From IMG/VR virus record IMGVR_UViG_2718218135_000001, positions 32,001 to 96,000 of that record: a stretch of 64,000 bases of DNA. One strand, 5' to 3'. This document shows, piece after piece, positions 40,361-49,361 of this stretch. Below the pieces are notes generated by a model, which had not been told where the DNA came from, did no database searches, and saw only the letters and a list, made by a program, of their open reading frames with translations. The stretch comes from a virus (lineage: Duplodnaviria > Heunggongvirae > Uroviricota > Caudoviricetes). Every line of letters starts with the position of its first letter. Positions within the stretch are counted from its first letter, which is position 1. Made by a program: the position numbers and the translations under genes.

Positions 40361-40612
40361 ATGTTCGACGGCCTGTTGTTCAAAATGAAATCCGCTTTGT
40401 TCACTCTGGCCGCCGTCATTCTAGTCCTTGTCGGCGCATACTCCTATGGCGGGTATATGGCCAGACGCAGTATGGAAGAGAAAGAACGGCGGGAAGATAA
40501 CAAGCGTCTTCAAAGCACAGTGGAAGTGGTGAATGAGACGAACAGTGAAATACGTCAGAAAGATGCTTCTGCCATTCATCGTGAGCTGCATGATAAGTGG
40601 GTGCGTAATTAA
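40361..40612 (+). CDS. i-spanin (Rz-like)
   Basis: N-terminal TM helix plus charged coiled-coil region; embedded lipoprotein ORF. Confidence 0.5.
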   Translation: MFDGLLFKMKSALFTLAAVILVLVGAYSYGGYMARRSMEEKERREDNKRLQSTVEVVNETNSEIRQKDASAIHRELHDKWVRN

Positions 40613-40748
40613 GCCACAGACCACCAGCGTGTTGTTCTGCGATGGCGCTGAACCTATTTATATCAGCAATGACGATGTAATGACCGAAGAAACCGAACGC
40701 CAAATCCTTTTTCACAATACGATGGGAGAGAGAGTTTGCGGTTGGTGA
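40563..40748 (+). CDS. o-spanin lipoprotein (Rz1-like)
   Basis: signal peptide with lipobox ISGC; overlaps Rz-like 3' end in another frame. Confidence 0.5.
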   Translation: MLLPFIVSCMISGCVIKPQTTSVLFCDGAEPIYISNDDVMTEETERQILFHNTMGERVCGW

Positions 40749-40780
40749 TGTCGAAGTTCCCCTCAAATGAGGGGGACACA

Positions 40781-41302
40781 TTATTCTTCGAACAATTTTT
40801 CGATAGATTTTGTTGGATAGAACAAAGAACGATCGTTGTTACCAACCAGCTGGATAAAGCCCAAACTTTTATAAAACGCCCTAGCTTTATCGTTCAACGC
40901 CTCAACGAAAAGCCCATGAATGCCTACCGCAAGAGATGCATTGTACACAACACGCATTGCGTGAGTTACAAGCATTGAGCCAAACCCCTGACCTTGAAGA
41001 GATTTGTCCAAAGCCAGTCTGCCTAAAGTGATACTTGGGACATTCCGATAAGGCACTTTCTTTTGCTGACTCTTTGAAGGTAAGGTTTCTTTCTCAAAGC
41101 AGCTGCCTGACAAAGTGTAATAACCTAATACCTTTGGTATTTCTTCTTTAGTGCAAAGCACATAAGCGCGAAGAATTTTTCCTTCATGCTGTCTTTTTAA
41201 GTGGTTGGTCAAAAATGCGTTTAGTGACTCTTCGCCGCAATCAAAACCGTTTAGATCATAATCTTTCTCTCCAGAGAAAATCTCGATCGTCGTATTGCTC
41301 AC
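40781..41302 (-). CDS. GNAT-family acetyltransferase toxin (TacT-like)
   Basis: GNAT motifs; paired with upstream small antitoxin. Confidence 0.7.
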   Translation of the reverse strand: MSNTTIEIFSGEKDYDLNGFDCGEESLNAFLTNHLKRQHEGKILRAYVLCTKEEIPKVLGYYTLSGSCFEKETLPSKSQQKKVPYRNVPSITLGRLALDKSLQGQGFGSMLVTHAMRVVYNASLAVGIHGLFVEALNDKARAFYKSLGFIQLVGNNDRSLFYPTKSIEKLFEE

Positions 41303-41309
41303 GAGTAAA

Positions 41310-41579
41310 TTACTCCATGCTTTTCAGACGATTGGCAGCTCGTTTCAGCTTGTCGTTCGGTGCCGGAGGATTGCTTATAGCATCCATAACCAGATTCCAG
41401 GACTCTTCACTTAGAACCAGTCTACGGTGTTGCTCTATCACCTTCACGGCACGTTCGGATGCACTGCTAACCATGAACTGGGTAATGCTCTGGTTAGACA
41501 TTGCGGCAGCTTCCTCGATGATGCTTTTATCGTCATCGGTTAATCTCAAATCGATGCGCTGCTTTTTCAGTGCGGACAT
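41310..41579 (-). CDS. RHH antitoxin (TacA/DUF1778-like)
   Basis: 89 aa upstream partner of the GNAT toxin. Confidence 0.7.
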   Translation of the reverse strand: MSALKKQRIDLRLTDDDKSIIEEAAAMSNQSITQFMVSSASERAVKVIEQHRRLVLSEESWNLVMDAISNPPAPNDKLKRAANRLKSME

Positions 41580-41849
41580 GTGTACCCCCTGATGGCCGGT
41601 GATGTAGGAAGGCCATCATTGCTCTCTATTTAAACTGAGTTTTCGACTCAAAGGTTATTTAACTGGGCTATAGCCCATTGCGTATGTGTCATCAAATTGT
41701 GTACGGCAATTTACCGTACTCGTAATATAGAGGTGATTGTCACTTTTTTCAACAGACAAATGAAAACAGTTACTAGCAATAGGCAATAACAACCTACTAA
41801 ATAACCTTTACACCGCAGCCGTAGGCATTTAGGCTATATCGCATATAAG

Positions 41850-41863
41850 AAAACAAGTTGTTT
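41850..41863. promoter_or_regulatory. AAACAA-N2-TTGTTT operator-like palindrome
   Basis: aaaacaagttgttt, 36 bp upstream of parA-like ATG. Confidence 0.5.
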
Positions 41864-41898
41864 CATACGACAATAATTCACGCAAAGGAAACTCACCA

Positions 41899-42564
41899 AT
41901 GACCAAGATCATTGTGGTTGGCGGCACAAAAGGCGGCCCAGGCAAATCTACCGTTGCCCAGCAAATTGCGGTATGTCTCAAAGTTAAAAAGAAAAAGAAG
42001 GTTCACGTCACCGATATCGATATCCAGCGCACCACGACCAGCTGGTGTGAAGACCGTCGCCAGAACGAAGATCTTGAACTGATCCCGTTCGCTTATGTGC
42101 AGGACGACATCGTCAAACATCTTAAATCGCTTCAGGGGCGAACTGATTATGTAGTGGTAGATGCTGGTGGCTTTGACTCCGAAATTCAGCGTCTGGCGAT
42201 GCTTATGGCTGATGTAATCATCATCCCGCTGCGCCCTAAACGTCGTGATTTGAAATCTCTGCGTGATATCGACCCGATTATCGACAACGTTCGCAATGTG
42301 AACGAGAAAGTTAAGATCCGCGCGGTAATAAACCAGTGTCCGTCATTGCCTTCCCAGGTATCACGTATTCTGGCCGCGAAGGAAATTGTCGAAACTTTCG
42401 GCATCGAGGCTGCGCCGGTCAATCTGTACAACCGTAACGTTTATGACGATGCGGAAGAGGCAGGTCGTTCTATCTTTGAAATGACTGGCGCTGAACGCGA
42501 TAAGAAGGCAGAAGCCGAGTTCGAAGAGTTTGTAGATTACATCTTGAGTCTGGAGGAAGAATAA
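41899..42564 (+). CDS. parA: ParA-family partition ATPase (small, type Ib-like)
   Basis: deviant Walker A GGTKGGPGKST; 221 aa. Confidence 0.85.
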   Translation: MTKIIVVGGTKGGPGKSTVAQQIAVCLKVKKKKKVHVTDIDIQRTTTSWCEDRRQNEDLELIPFAYVQDDIVKHLKSLQGRTDYVVVDAGGFDSEIQRLAMLMADVIIIPLRPKRRDLKSLRDIDPIIDNVRNVNEKVKIRAVINQCPSLPSQVSRILAAKEIVETFGIEAAPVNLYNRNVYDDAEEAGRSIFEMTGAERDKKAEAEFEEFVDYILSLEEE

Positions 42565-42923
42565 TGTCCATGAGAATGGGAGACCTTGCAAAGCGCAATG
42601 AGCCTAAAGAACCGGCCAAAAGCAGCACTCCACTGCGCCAGCCAGTCAGACCGCAGGGGCGTCCGACTCGTGGCAAAGAGAAAATTAAAAGTCGCACAAT
42701 GTCACTGGAGGACGAATACTTCGAACTGCTGGAAATGATGAAGTTCATCCCTCGTTTCGAGAAGTTCACCCGTTCTGACGTGATTCGCGCCGCCATTTTC
42801 CATCTGGCAGAGAAGTCACCGCAGGAAATCGAGGACATCGTGAAACTTAACGAGGCGATCACAGCTGCCGATGTCACGATGCGTACCGATGAAATCAAAC
42901 GAGAGTTGATGAAGAAAGGTTAA
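42564..42923 (+). CDS. small partition/centromere-binding protein (ParG-like)
   Basis: 119 aa, basic N-terminus, ATGA overlap with parA-like gene. Confidence 0.55.
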   Translation: MSMRMGDLAKRNEPKEPAKSSTPLRQPVRPQGRPTRGKEKIKSRTMSLEDEYFELLEMMKFIPRFEKFTRSDVIRAAIFHLAEKSPQEIEDIVKLNEAITAADVTMRTDEIKRELMKKG

Positions 42924-42975
42924 AAATTATGCATTGGCGCAATGTACGCGCCAATGCATAAGTACAGTGTCAGCT

Positions 42976-43743
42976 TTATGCCGCGCTAACACTATGTTCA
43001 TTCCTAACCACCCCAACCTTCACAAAAGGGCTGCCGTAGCTTGGTGGCTTCTTGATTAATTTGCCTACATACAGTTTTCTAATATGCTCATCGGCTATTC
43101 TGCCAACAAATTCATAACGTTTTGTGTCGGGGCCAAGAGCTATATCCCTTGTAAAGTACTGCTGAGAACCGGCTTTGACCCAGCATTCAATCTGATAAAC
43201 TTCCATTATCAGGCCCCCATATGTAGCGTAGGCATATTTGAGATTCTCGTCTCTTGGAACCTTTGCCCATACGCCACGCGTAGCTTCATATAATGCCAGA
43301 GCGGACATTCCTGACTTGTAGGTGCTGTTTAGCAGGAAGGCAAGACCGGCGTGCTCAGGAGCAATTTCAGTTTCCTCTTGCAGCACTAAGTGATGGTAGG
43401 CGTCCAGTGATATTCTGCCCATCATGGAACCACTTCCTCGTACCTTATTCGTAAGCTCTCCGACACCCATAAGGTCGATGCATGTCGCCTCAACAAGTTT
43501 GGCTGTGGTTTCATCCATACCATGACGAAGAATATCTATGCCTAATTTTTTATTAGCCAAAAGTTCTTTGATCCGCATGGATTTGGGAGAGTCATCGGGA
43601 TACTTGATGTGATCGAGACAACGAGTCGATTTGCCTTTTCCTATGTAAAACGGTCTTTTCATCTTGTCTTCTGTATCATAGAGACAGTAAACATAGTATT
43701 TAGCCTTATCCAATGATCTCGCGTATACCGATAAATCGTCCAT
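42976..43743 (-). CDS. GIY-YIG nuclease-domain protein
   Basis: N-terminal YYVYCLYD ... RPFYIGKGKSTRCLDH. Confidence 0.6.
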   Translation of the reverse strand: MDDLSVYARSLDKAKYYVYCLYDTEDKMKRPFYIGKGKSTRCLDHIKYPDDSPKSMRIKELLANKKLGIDILRHGMDETTAKLVEATCIDLMGVGELTNKVRGSGSMMGRISLDAYHHLVLQEETEIAPEHAGLAFLLNSTYKSGMSALALYEATRGVWAKVPRDENLKYAYATYGGLIMEVYQIECWVKAGSQQYFTRDIALGPDTKRYEFVGRIADEHIRKLYVGKLIKKPPSYGSPFVKVGVVRNEHSVSAA

Positions 43744-43886
43744 TATTGCATCTCTTAGCTACTGACTAATGCGTTCTATTTTACACATAAGTTTTTAATC
43801 AATTTTACAGGCTCAAAGTGTAGAGCTTCTGGGTGTCTAAGACGACAAGTTATGCCTGTTTCTGTATATAAATAATAAGTAACTTA

Positions 43887-43908
43887 TTAAATATATACGG
43901 AAGCAGGT
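43887..43908. repeat. third copy of the 22-bp element ttaaatatatacggaagcaggt
   Basis: exact match to one arm of the 13.55-kb inverted repeat. Confidence 0.85.
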
Positions 43909-43990
43909 CTTTTAAAAGACACCCACCAGAACAACTCCCTTCCGTTTCCACTTCCCAAAAATATCTCCAGTCGCTATGATTCGCTCACTT

Positions 43991-44012
43991 AGATAAGTAA
44001 GTACATACCTAT
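43991..44012. promoter_or_regulatory. TAAGTA-N-TACTTA palindromic box
   Basis: agataagtaagtacatacctat upstream of gene 44026. Confidence 0.45.
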
Positions 44013-44025
44013 TAAAGGGAATCAT

Positions 44026-44751
44026 GTGAGCCAGATCTTCTTCAACACTATCGACAATGACCAGTACGATTTCATGACAGAGTGGAATACCGCTGTTATG
44101 GACAAGTGGGTCGCTGAAAACATTGGTTTGTCGCGCTGTAAAGACGAGGCTGAACTCTTCGAGACGAAGTGGTTTGATTACCGCGACATGCACCCACTTA
44201 TGGCCACATGCCTTTTCACTGAGGCATACAAGCGCCAGTACTCATACATCATGCTGTCGCATGGTCGTGAACACTATGAGACGGCTCCATTCACAACCGG
44301 TCTGAAGCGTGTGCCATATCAGGAGTTGTCGACGGTCAACAAAACGTCGCTCTGGAAAGCACGCCAGTTTGCTGACCGCTATTGCTGCTCATACGACTAC
44401 TTTATCTCCACCGTTCTTTCCGCAGCTGCACGACGGCTGTGGGACAAATTACCGCGCCCCCAGCATCTCTGGCAGCCCGAGTTGATCGAGATATTCGAAG
44501 AGAAGTTAGCCAAACGCGCTGTAACCCGTCTGGATGACTCTCTGGTGAGTTTTAAGCATCTTGGAGACATGCAGCGTGACCCGATTCAGGAACGCTATTT
44601 TGAGTGGATTCTGGAGCGTCTGCGTGGCATTACCCGAGATAAACGCATCCGTATCATCTTCTCCGCTGTCTGGTTGATGGAAATCGTGCCTGAGCGTGTG
44701 ATTTACGCGCACTTCCCGGAAGAACTGGAAGAAGCACGGCGATTCTGTTGA
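44026..44751 (+). CDS. hypothetical protein (241 aa), possible replication accessory
   Basis: GTG start; directly upstream of helicase. Confidence 0.45.
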   Translation: MSQIFFNTIDNDQYDFMTEWNTAVMDKWVAENIGLSRCKDEAELFETKWFDYRDMHPLMATCLFTEAYKRQYSYIMLSHGREHYETAPFTTGLKRVPYQELSTVNKTSLWKARQFADRYCCSYDYFISTVLSAAARRLWDKLPRPQHLWQPELIEIFEEKLAKRAVTRLDDSLVSFKHLGDMQRDPIQERYFEWILERLRGITRDKRIRIIFSAVWLMEIVPERVIYAHFPEELEEARRFC

Positions 44752-44777
44752 TCCCCTATCTGGCTTTTTTAGTATTA

Positions 44778-44793
44778 GAAAACAAATTGTTTA
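44778..44793. promoter_or_regulatory. AAACAA-N2-TTGTTT operator-like palindrome
   Basis: gaaaacaaattgttta, 19 bp upstream of helicase ATG. Confidence 0.5.
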
Positions 44794-44811
44794 AGCACCA
44801 AAGGAAAGCAC

Positions 44812-46152
44812 ATGACCGAACTTTGCCACACAGGACGAGGGTTGTCTGAAGAGTTCGACGACGACTTCCAGAATCGACTCGCAGCCTACTTCTGTCGCGA
44901 CCATGAATTTCTGACTCGCGCCGGTGATCTGGTTGCGCCAAACCAGTTCTCCAATGCGGCCAACGCCATTCTGGTGAACATGGTGTCGGGCTACTATAGA
45001 ATGTATAAGAGCGCACCATCATCATCAGCCATCCTCGACATGCTCAAACGCGCCAAACGCGATAAGACGATCCGCGAAGAGCTGTTCCCTGACGTTGTTG
45101 AGGCGTTTAAGCGCATTCTCGCTGAGAAGCTGTCAGATACGGCGTACATGGTCGACCAGGTCGCGACATTTGCTAAAAGCGTAGCGTTCGACGATGCGCT
45201 AATTAAAGCGGCTGAGATGAAAGAGAAGGGCGATTTCCAGGGCGCGATGGCAATCATGGCTAAGGTCCAGCAAATTGGCTCTAACGAAGCGACCGGCATT
45301 TACGATTACTTCGCAGAATCAGCGGAGCGTTACAAGGCCCGTGAGTACGAAGCGTCCGACGATTACGTGCCAAACAGCATCACTACCGGCCTCCCGCTGC
45401 TCGACAAACTGCTTTACCAGAAAGGCTGGGCAAAGCGTGAAATGGTGCTGTTTATGGGCTTCGCTAAGTCTGGTAAATCGACGGCGATGGGGGAGTTTTC
45501 CATCAACGCCACGCTTGCCGGTTACAACGTCCTGTATCTGTCGCTGGAAGTTCACACCTCCATTCTGTCAGATCGCTTTGACGCCCGTCTGTCTGAGACC
45601 GAAATGTCCAGGCTGGTGGAACGTCGCGATGACGTCCATCGCAAACTGGCGGAGCTGGGTGCGACGAAAGGCGTGGGAAGTTTGTGGATTGTTGAACGAC
45701 CGTCCGGAAGCATGTCGCCCGCAGATCTGGACCGTATGTTGGGCAGCATGAAAGCCAACGGTATGGTCCCCGATATGGTTGTGGTCGACTACGCTGACCT
45801 GATGCGTGCCAGCTACGACCTCCGCGACGACCGCGCTAACATTCGCAGCATCTACACTGACCTGCGTGCGCTGTACGACAAACACAACGTTGCCGGCATC
45901 ACGGCATCGCAGACTAACAGAGAAGGTGGCGCTTCTGAGGTGGCTACAATGATGCACGCAGCGGACAACATCGAGAAGGTGCGTATCGCTGATCTCGTTA
46001 TCACTATCAACAAAACGGAAGAAGAAGAAGCGAAAGGCGAAGCGCGTCTTTACTTCGCTGGTTCACGTAACCAGAAAGGCGGCGTAAGCATCCGCGTTAA
46101 GCAGAACCTCGAACAAATGCGATTCATCGAACGCATTATGGACGTCATCTAA
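44812..46152 (+). CDS. DnaB-like replicative helicase
   Basis: Walker A GFAKSGKST in a RecA-like C-terminal domain. Confidence 0.7.
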   Translation: MTELCHTGRGLSEEFDDDFQNRLAAYFCRDHEFLTRAGDLVAPNQFSNAANAILVNMVSGYYRMYKSAPSSSAILDMLKRAKRDKTIREELFPDVVEAFKRILAEKLSDTAYMVDQVATFAKSVAFDDALIKAAEMKEKGDFQGAMAIMAKVQQIGSNEATGIYDYFAESAERYKAREYEASDDYVPNSITTGLPLLDKLLYQKGWAKREMVLFMGFAKSGKSTAMGEFSINATLAGYNVLYLSLEVHTSILSDRFDARLSETEMSRLVERRDDVHRKLAELGATKGVGSLWIVERPSGSMSPADLDRMLGSMKANGMVPDMVVVDYADLMRASYDLRDDRANIRSIYTDLRALYDKHNVAGITASQTNREGGASEVATMMHAADNIEKVRIADLVITINKTEEEEAKGEARLYFAGSRNQKGGVSIRVKQNLEQMRFIERIMDVI

Positions 46153-46239
46153 AAAAGAAGGCGTGGGGAAACACTCTCCACGCCTGTCTCCAGAAGAGAA
46201 CAAATTTCTCTTTTGCCAAAACCACAAAAGAAAAAACAC

Positions 46240-47424
46240 ATGAGCCTTTATGGTATTCAAATACCGAGGCTTATCAAGATATTACCTGCAAAAAACAGGG
46301 GTAAGAACGTGAGCGACTTGAAAGAATTACTGACCGAGCTGGATTTTGAGCAATGGCTCGATATGGAAGGGATCATCTACCGTCGTGGTGGAGTCAGTAC
46401 TCGCGGACGAGAGGTCAACATTAAAGAGTGTCCGGTATGCGGCAGCTCAAACTGGAAGGTTTATTTCAACCTGACCAGTGGTGTCGGCAAATGCTTTGCA
46501 GGTGATCATCCCGAAGAGATTCAGTTCAACAAGCTGGTCTTCCTAAAGCATTACAGCGGCAAATCTCGTCGCGATTTTGAAGAGTACGTCCAGAACGCGC
46601 TGATCTCACAAGGATGGGCACCGAAGAAGGAAGAGATCGTACTGGCCAGCAAGGTTGAACTGGAAGGACCGGTAGCTCTCCCGCGCCATTACGAACTCCC
46701 CATTGACGGTCGTCTTCCTGATTATCTGGTGGAGCGCCAGATTTCCCCGGAGCTGGCCAAATACTTTGATCTGCGTTACTGCGTCGAAGGCAAGCACGCA
46801 TACGTCGATCCGTACACAGACCAGGTCAAAGGACAGGTATTCGATATGCGAATACTGATACCGGTTTACGATCTGGATGGCGTGATGAAGACCTTCCAGG
46901 GTCGTGACATTACCGGTGCAGCAGAACGCCGGTATCTGTTCCCCATGCAGCTGCCAGCATCGGGTAAATTTCTCTACAACGGCCACAATGCAGTCGGCAA
47001 ACAGACTGTAGTTGTCTGTGAGGGGGCGTTCGATGTTATGGGGGTTAAACGAGCTATTTTTGATGAAGAAACATTACGCGATTACGTGGAACCGATAGGA
47101 ACGTTCGGGATGCATCTATCTGGTAACACCACTCAGGATGCAGAAGATCAGTTGGGCGCGTTCCTGACGCTCAAGGCGCGTGGATTACGTAATGTGATTA
47201 TGATGTGGGATAGTGAAAAGCAAGCTATACGCAACACGATGGCCGCAGCCAGGCGACTGACCAGTATCGGTCTTAATGTCAAAGTAGCGTGTTTGGGCGA
47301 GGAAGGACTCGATCCCGGCGATGCGACACCGGGGCAGATTATCAAAGCCTACTATTGCGCAAAACCTTATTCACGACAGCTTGAACTTTTAAGCAAGGTA
47401 AAAGGCATAGCTGCATTAGTTTGA
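46240..47424 (+). CDS. DNA primase (zinc-binding plus TOPRIM)
   Basis: CPVCGSSNW...C zinc motif, TOPRIM-like VVVCEGAFDV; start uncertain. Confidence 0.7.
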   Translation: MSLYGIQIPRLIKILPAKNRGKNVSDLKELLTELDFEQWLDMEGIIYRRGGVSTRGREVNIKECPVCGSSNWKVYFNLTSGVGKCFAGDHPEEIQFNKLVFLKHYSGKSRRDFEEYVQNALISQGWAPKKEEIVLASKVELEGPVALPRHYELPIDGRLPDYLVERQISPELAKYFDLRYCVEGKHAYVDPYTDQVKGQVFDMRILIPVYDLDGVMKTFQGRDITGAAERRYLFPMQLPASGKFLYNGHNAVGKQTVVVCEGAFDVMGVKRAIFDEETLRDYVEPIGTFGMHLSGNTTQDAEDQLGAFLTLKARGLRNVIMMWDSEKQAIRNTMAAARRLTSIGLNVKVACLGEEGLDPGDATPGQIIKAYYCAKPYSRQLELLSKVKGIAALV

Positions 47425-47557
47425 ACCAGTATTATCAACGGCTCGGAAGTGTCTAAATTATCCGTGGCGATTCATAACCTTGCGGCTGCTCGCCCCATCA
47501 AGAAGCATCTTTAACGCGTCACGGGACAATTTGTTGTATTTGCGTACCATTAATTTA

Positions 47558-47935
47558 CTACGCCGTACCATACAATCTACGTAACGTGGCAACGACAGTA
47601 GATACGGATACCTCTCCGGTCGCAGCCCCCACAGTAAGCTCTGCCAGTTCTGGTGAATCATATACCTGCACACCGTTACGGCGCAGAAATAACAACGCAC
47701 TGTTTAGCGCGGTACGCTTATTGGCATCATTGAATATATGCCCTCTCGCAGTAGCCACCAGGTAAGTTGCGGAGACTTCGAAAAGGTCGGTAATCTCTTC
47801 ATATGCAACTCTGGCCTGGACTCTCCCGATAATAGCCTCAGCTCTTCCCGAATCTGACATGCCTGGCAGGCCGCCGTAGCGGCTTATATTCGCATCATGA
47901 ATTGCAGTAAGCTCTTCCGGTGATATATGCCTCAT
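47558..47935 (-). CDS. doc: Doc toxin (Fic family)
   Basis: near-identical to phage P1 Doc as recalled; Fic-type motif [11 protein letters not shown]. Confidence 0.9.
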   Translation of the reverse strand: MRHISPEELTAIHDANISRYGGLPGMSDSGRAEAIIGRVQARVAYEEITDLFEVSATYLVATARGHIFNDANKRTALNSALLFLRRNGVQVYDSPELAELTVGAATGEVSVSTVVATLRRLYGTA

Positions 47936-48156
47936 TATCGGTTAACCAGTTTCTTATTGGTGGTGTCCAGAGTGTCAAACAGGGATGCGAATTCAGCATC
48001 CAGCGCCGCTTTTTTGTAGGCTTCGAAAGTGGCCTTGCTGACAATTACAGCTGGCTCACGGCCTCTACGGGTGATTTCAACCTCTTCTCCGGCTTCAACA
48101 TTGTTGAGCACTTCGGTAAGATTGCTGCGTGCGGTACGGAAGTTAATAGATTGCAT
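47935..48156 (-). CDS. phd: Phd antitoxin
   Basis: matches P1 Phd as recalled; stop overlaps doc start. Confidence 0.9.
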   Translation of the reverse strand: MQSINFRTARSNLTEVLNNVEAGEEVEITRRGREPAVIVSKATFEAYKKAALDAEFASLFDTLDTTNKKLVNR

Positions 48157-48340
48157 AAACATCTCGTGTACTCAATATGTGTACGCAATTATAGAGCTTA
48201 ATTGCCCACTACTCCATCATTTTATCCAGTGCGCCTTATACCTCCACTCTGAAGGACGGGGTTTTAGGGCGCTCTGGATAAAAACACACGTACTTTCTCT
48301 CCGAAAGTACGTGAAAAGTAGCGACTAACCACCATGCTCA

Positions 48341-49351
48341 TTAGTCGTAGGATACGGCAAATATCGCCTGGCCTTGAACTTCCCCAGGCTGTAAAGCTTC
48401 CTCTTTCACGCGAACGTATTTTGCGGTAATCGGGAAGATGTACTGTTCCTGAATAGCCGCCATTTTAGGTAATCTGTTCATCAGGGTATCGCCCAGCTTT
48501 AACGGTGTCGTTGCATTACCATTGTAAATCTGGAACCCTACACCCTTAGCACCATCGGACAATGTATTTTTCAATATTGTTCCACTATCATCCCACACAC
48601 CACGCTCAACTTTAAAAGTCACTGGATTAGTCGTGACGTTATAGACACTATCGCAATTTAGGACCAGATCTACAGAACCTGATTTTGAGTTATTGGCAGA
48701 TAGCATCTCACTTATCGTTGTTTCTGGTATTCTTATTTCGTAAGTCGGTTGCGAGAAACGACAGGTTGTGGGTTTGTGTTTAACAGTAATGGTTAGTTTT
48801 TGTTCGTAAGCATCGCCTTTATTTAACAACCCCAATAAATTGCACAATATCCATGAAAAAATATTTGAACTGCATTGATTATCAGATAAAAAGTTACCCG
48901 CTGGCTTTTTTAATTCGAATGAATCCCCCTCTACCGCTTCACCATGATCACTTCTATATGTAGTTGGTGGTATATATGAGGCCGTTAACTTCAGTTGTTT
49001 ATTATTAATGGTATCAGCAACAGAATAGGTTTTAGGCGACAGAAGCGAACCACTCGTTTCTACAGGAAATCCATCAGCCTCAAGCTTTAATTTAATAAAA
49101 ATAGACTTATTGCTGGAGCCATCTTTCATTTCAACAATATAGTCATCTAACGTTGTTGCAAAATACATCTTATCCCCCCTCGAGTTACATTCATAAGATC
49201 CTTGCAGGTTGGGATTAAAACTTACTATTGTTGAATCCCTTGTTAAGTCCAGTGTAATTGGTTGAGTTGCTGTCCAAGTTCCCTTAGGGGTACATTTCGC
49301 CTGCCCAAAAAATGGAATAATCAACAAAAACAAAAACCAATATTTCTTCAT
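48341..49351 (-). CDS. fimbrial adhesin / minor subunit
   Basis: signal peptide MKKYWFLFLLIIPFFGQA; last gene of chaperone-usher operon. Confidence 0.6.
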   Translation of the reverse strand: MKKYWFLFLLIIPFFGQAKCTPKGTWTATQPITLDLTRDSTIVSFNPNLQGSYECNSRGDKMYFATTLDDYIVEMKDGSSNKSIFIKLKLEADGFPVETSGSLLSPKTYSVADTINNKQLKLTASYIPPTTYRSDHGEAVEGDSFELKKPAGNFLSDNQCSSNIFSWILCNLLGLLNKGDAYEQKLTITVKHKPTTCRFSQPTYEIRIPETTISEMLSANNSKSGSVDLVLNCDSVYNVTTNPVTFKVERGVWDDSGTILKNTLSDGAKGVGFQIYNGNATTPLKLGDTLMNRLPKMAAIQEQYIFPITAKYVRVKEEALQPGEVQGQAIFAVSYD

Positions 49352-49361
49352 AAAAAATCCT

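Noticed and set aside
47458-47700. 80-aa minus-strand ORF overlapping the 3' part of doc
   Set aside because: Different frame from doc over most of its length; doc identity is strong, so the overlap ORF is taken as spurious.
47558-48156. Identifying the whole element as phage P1 from the phd-doc match
   Set aside because: The morphogenesis genes are lambda-like siphovirus (tape measure, gpM/L/K/I/J-like) with no sheath or baseplate genes, so only the addiction module is P1-like.
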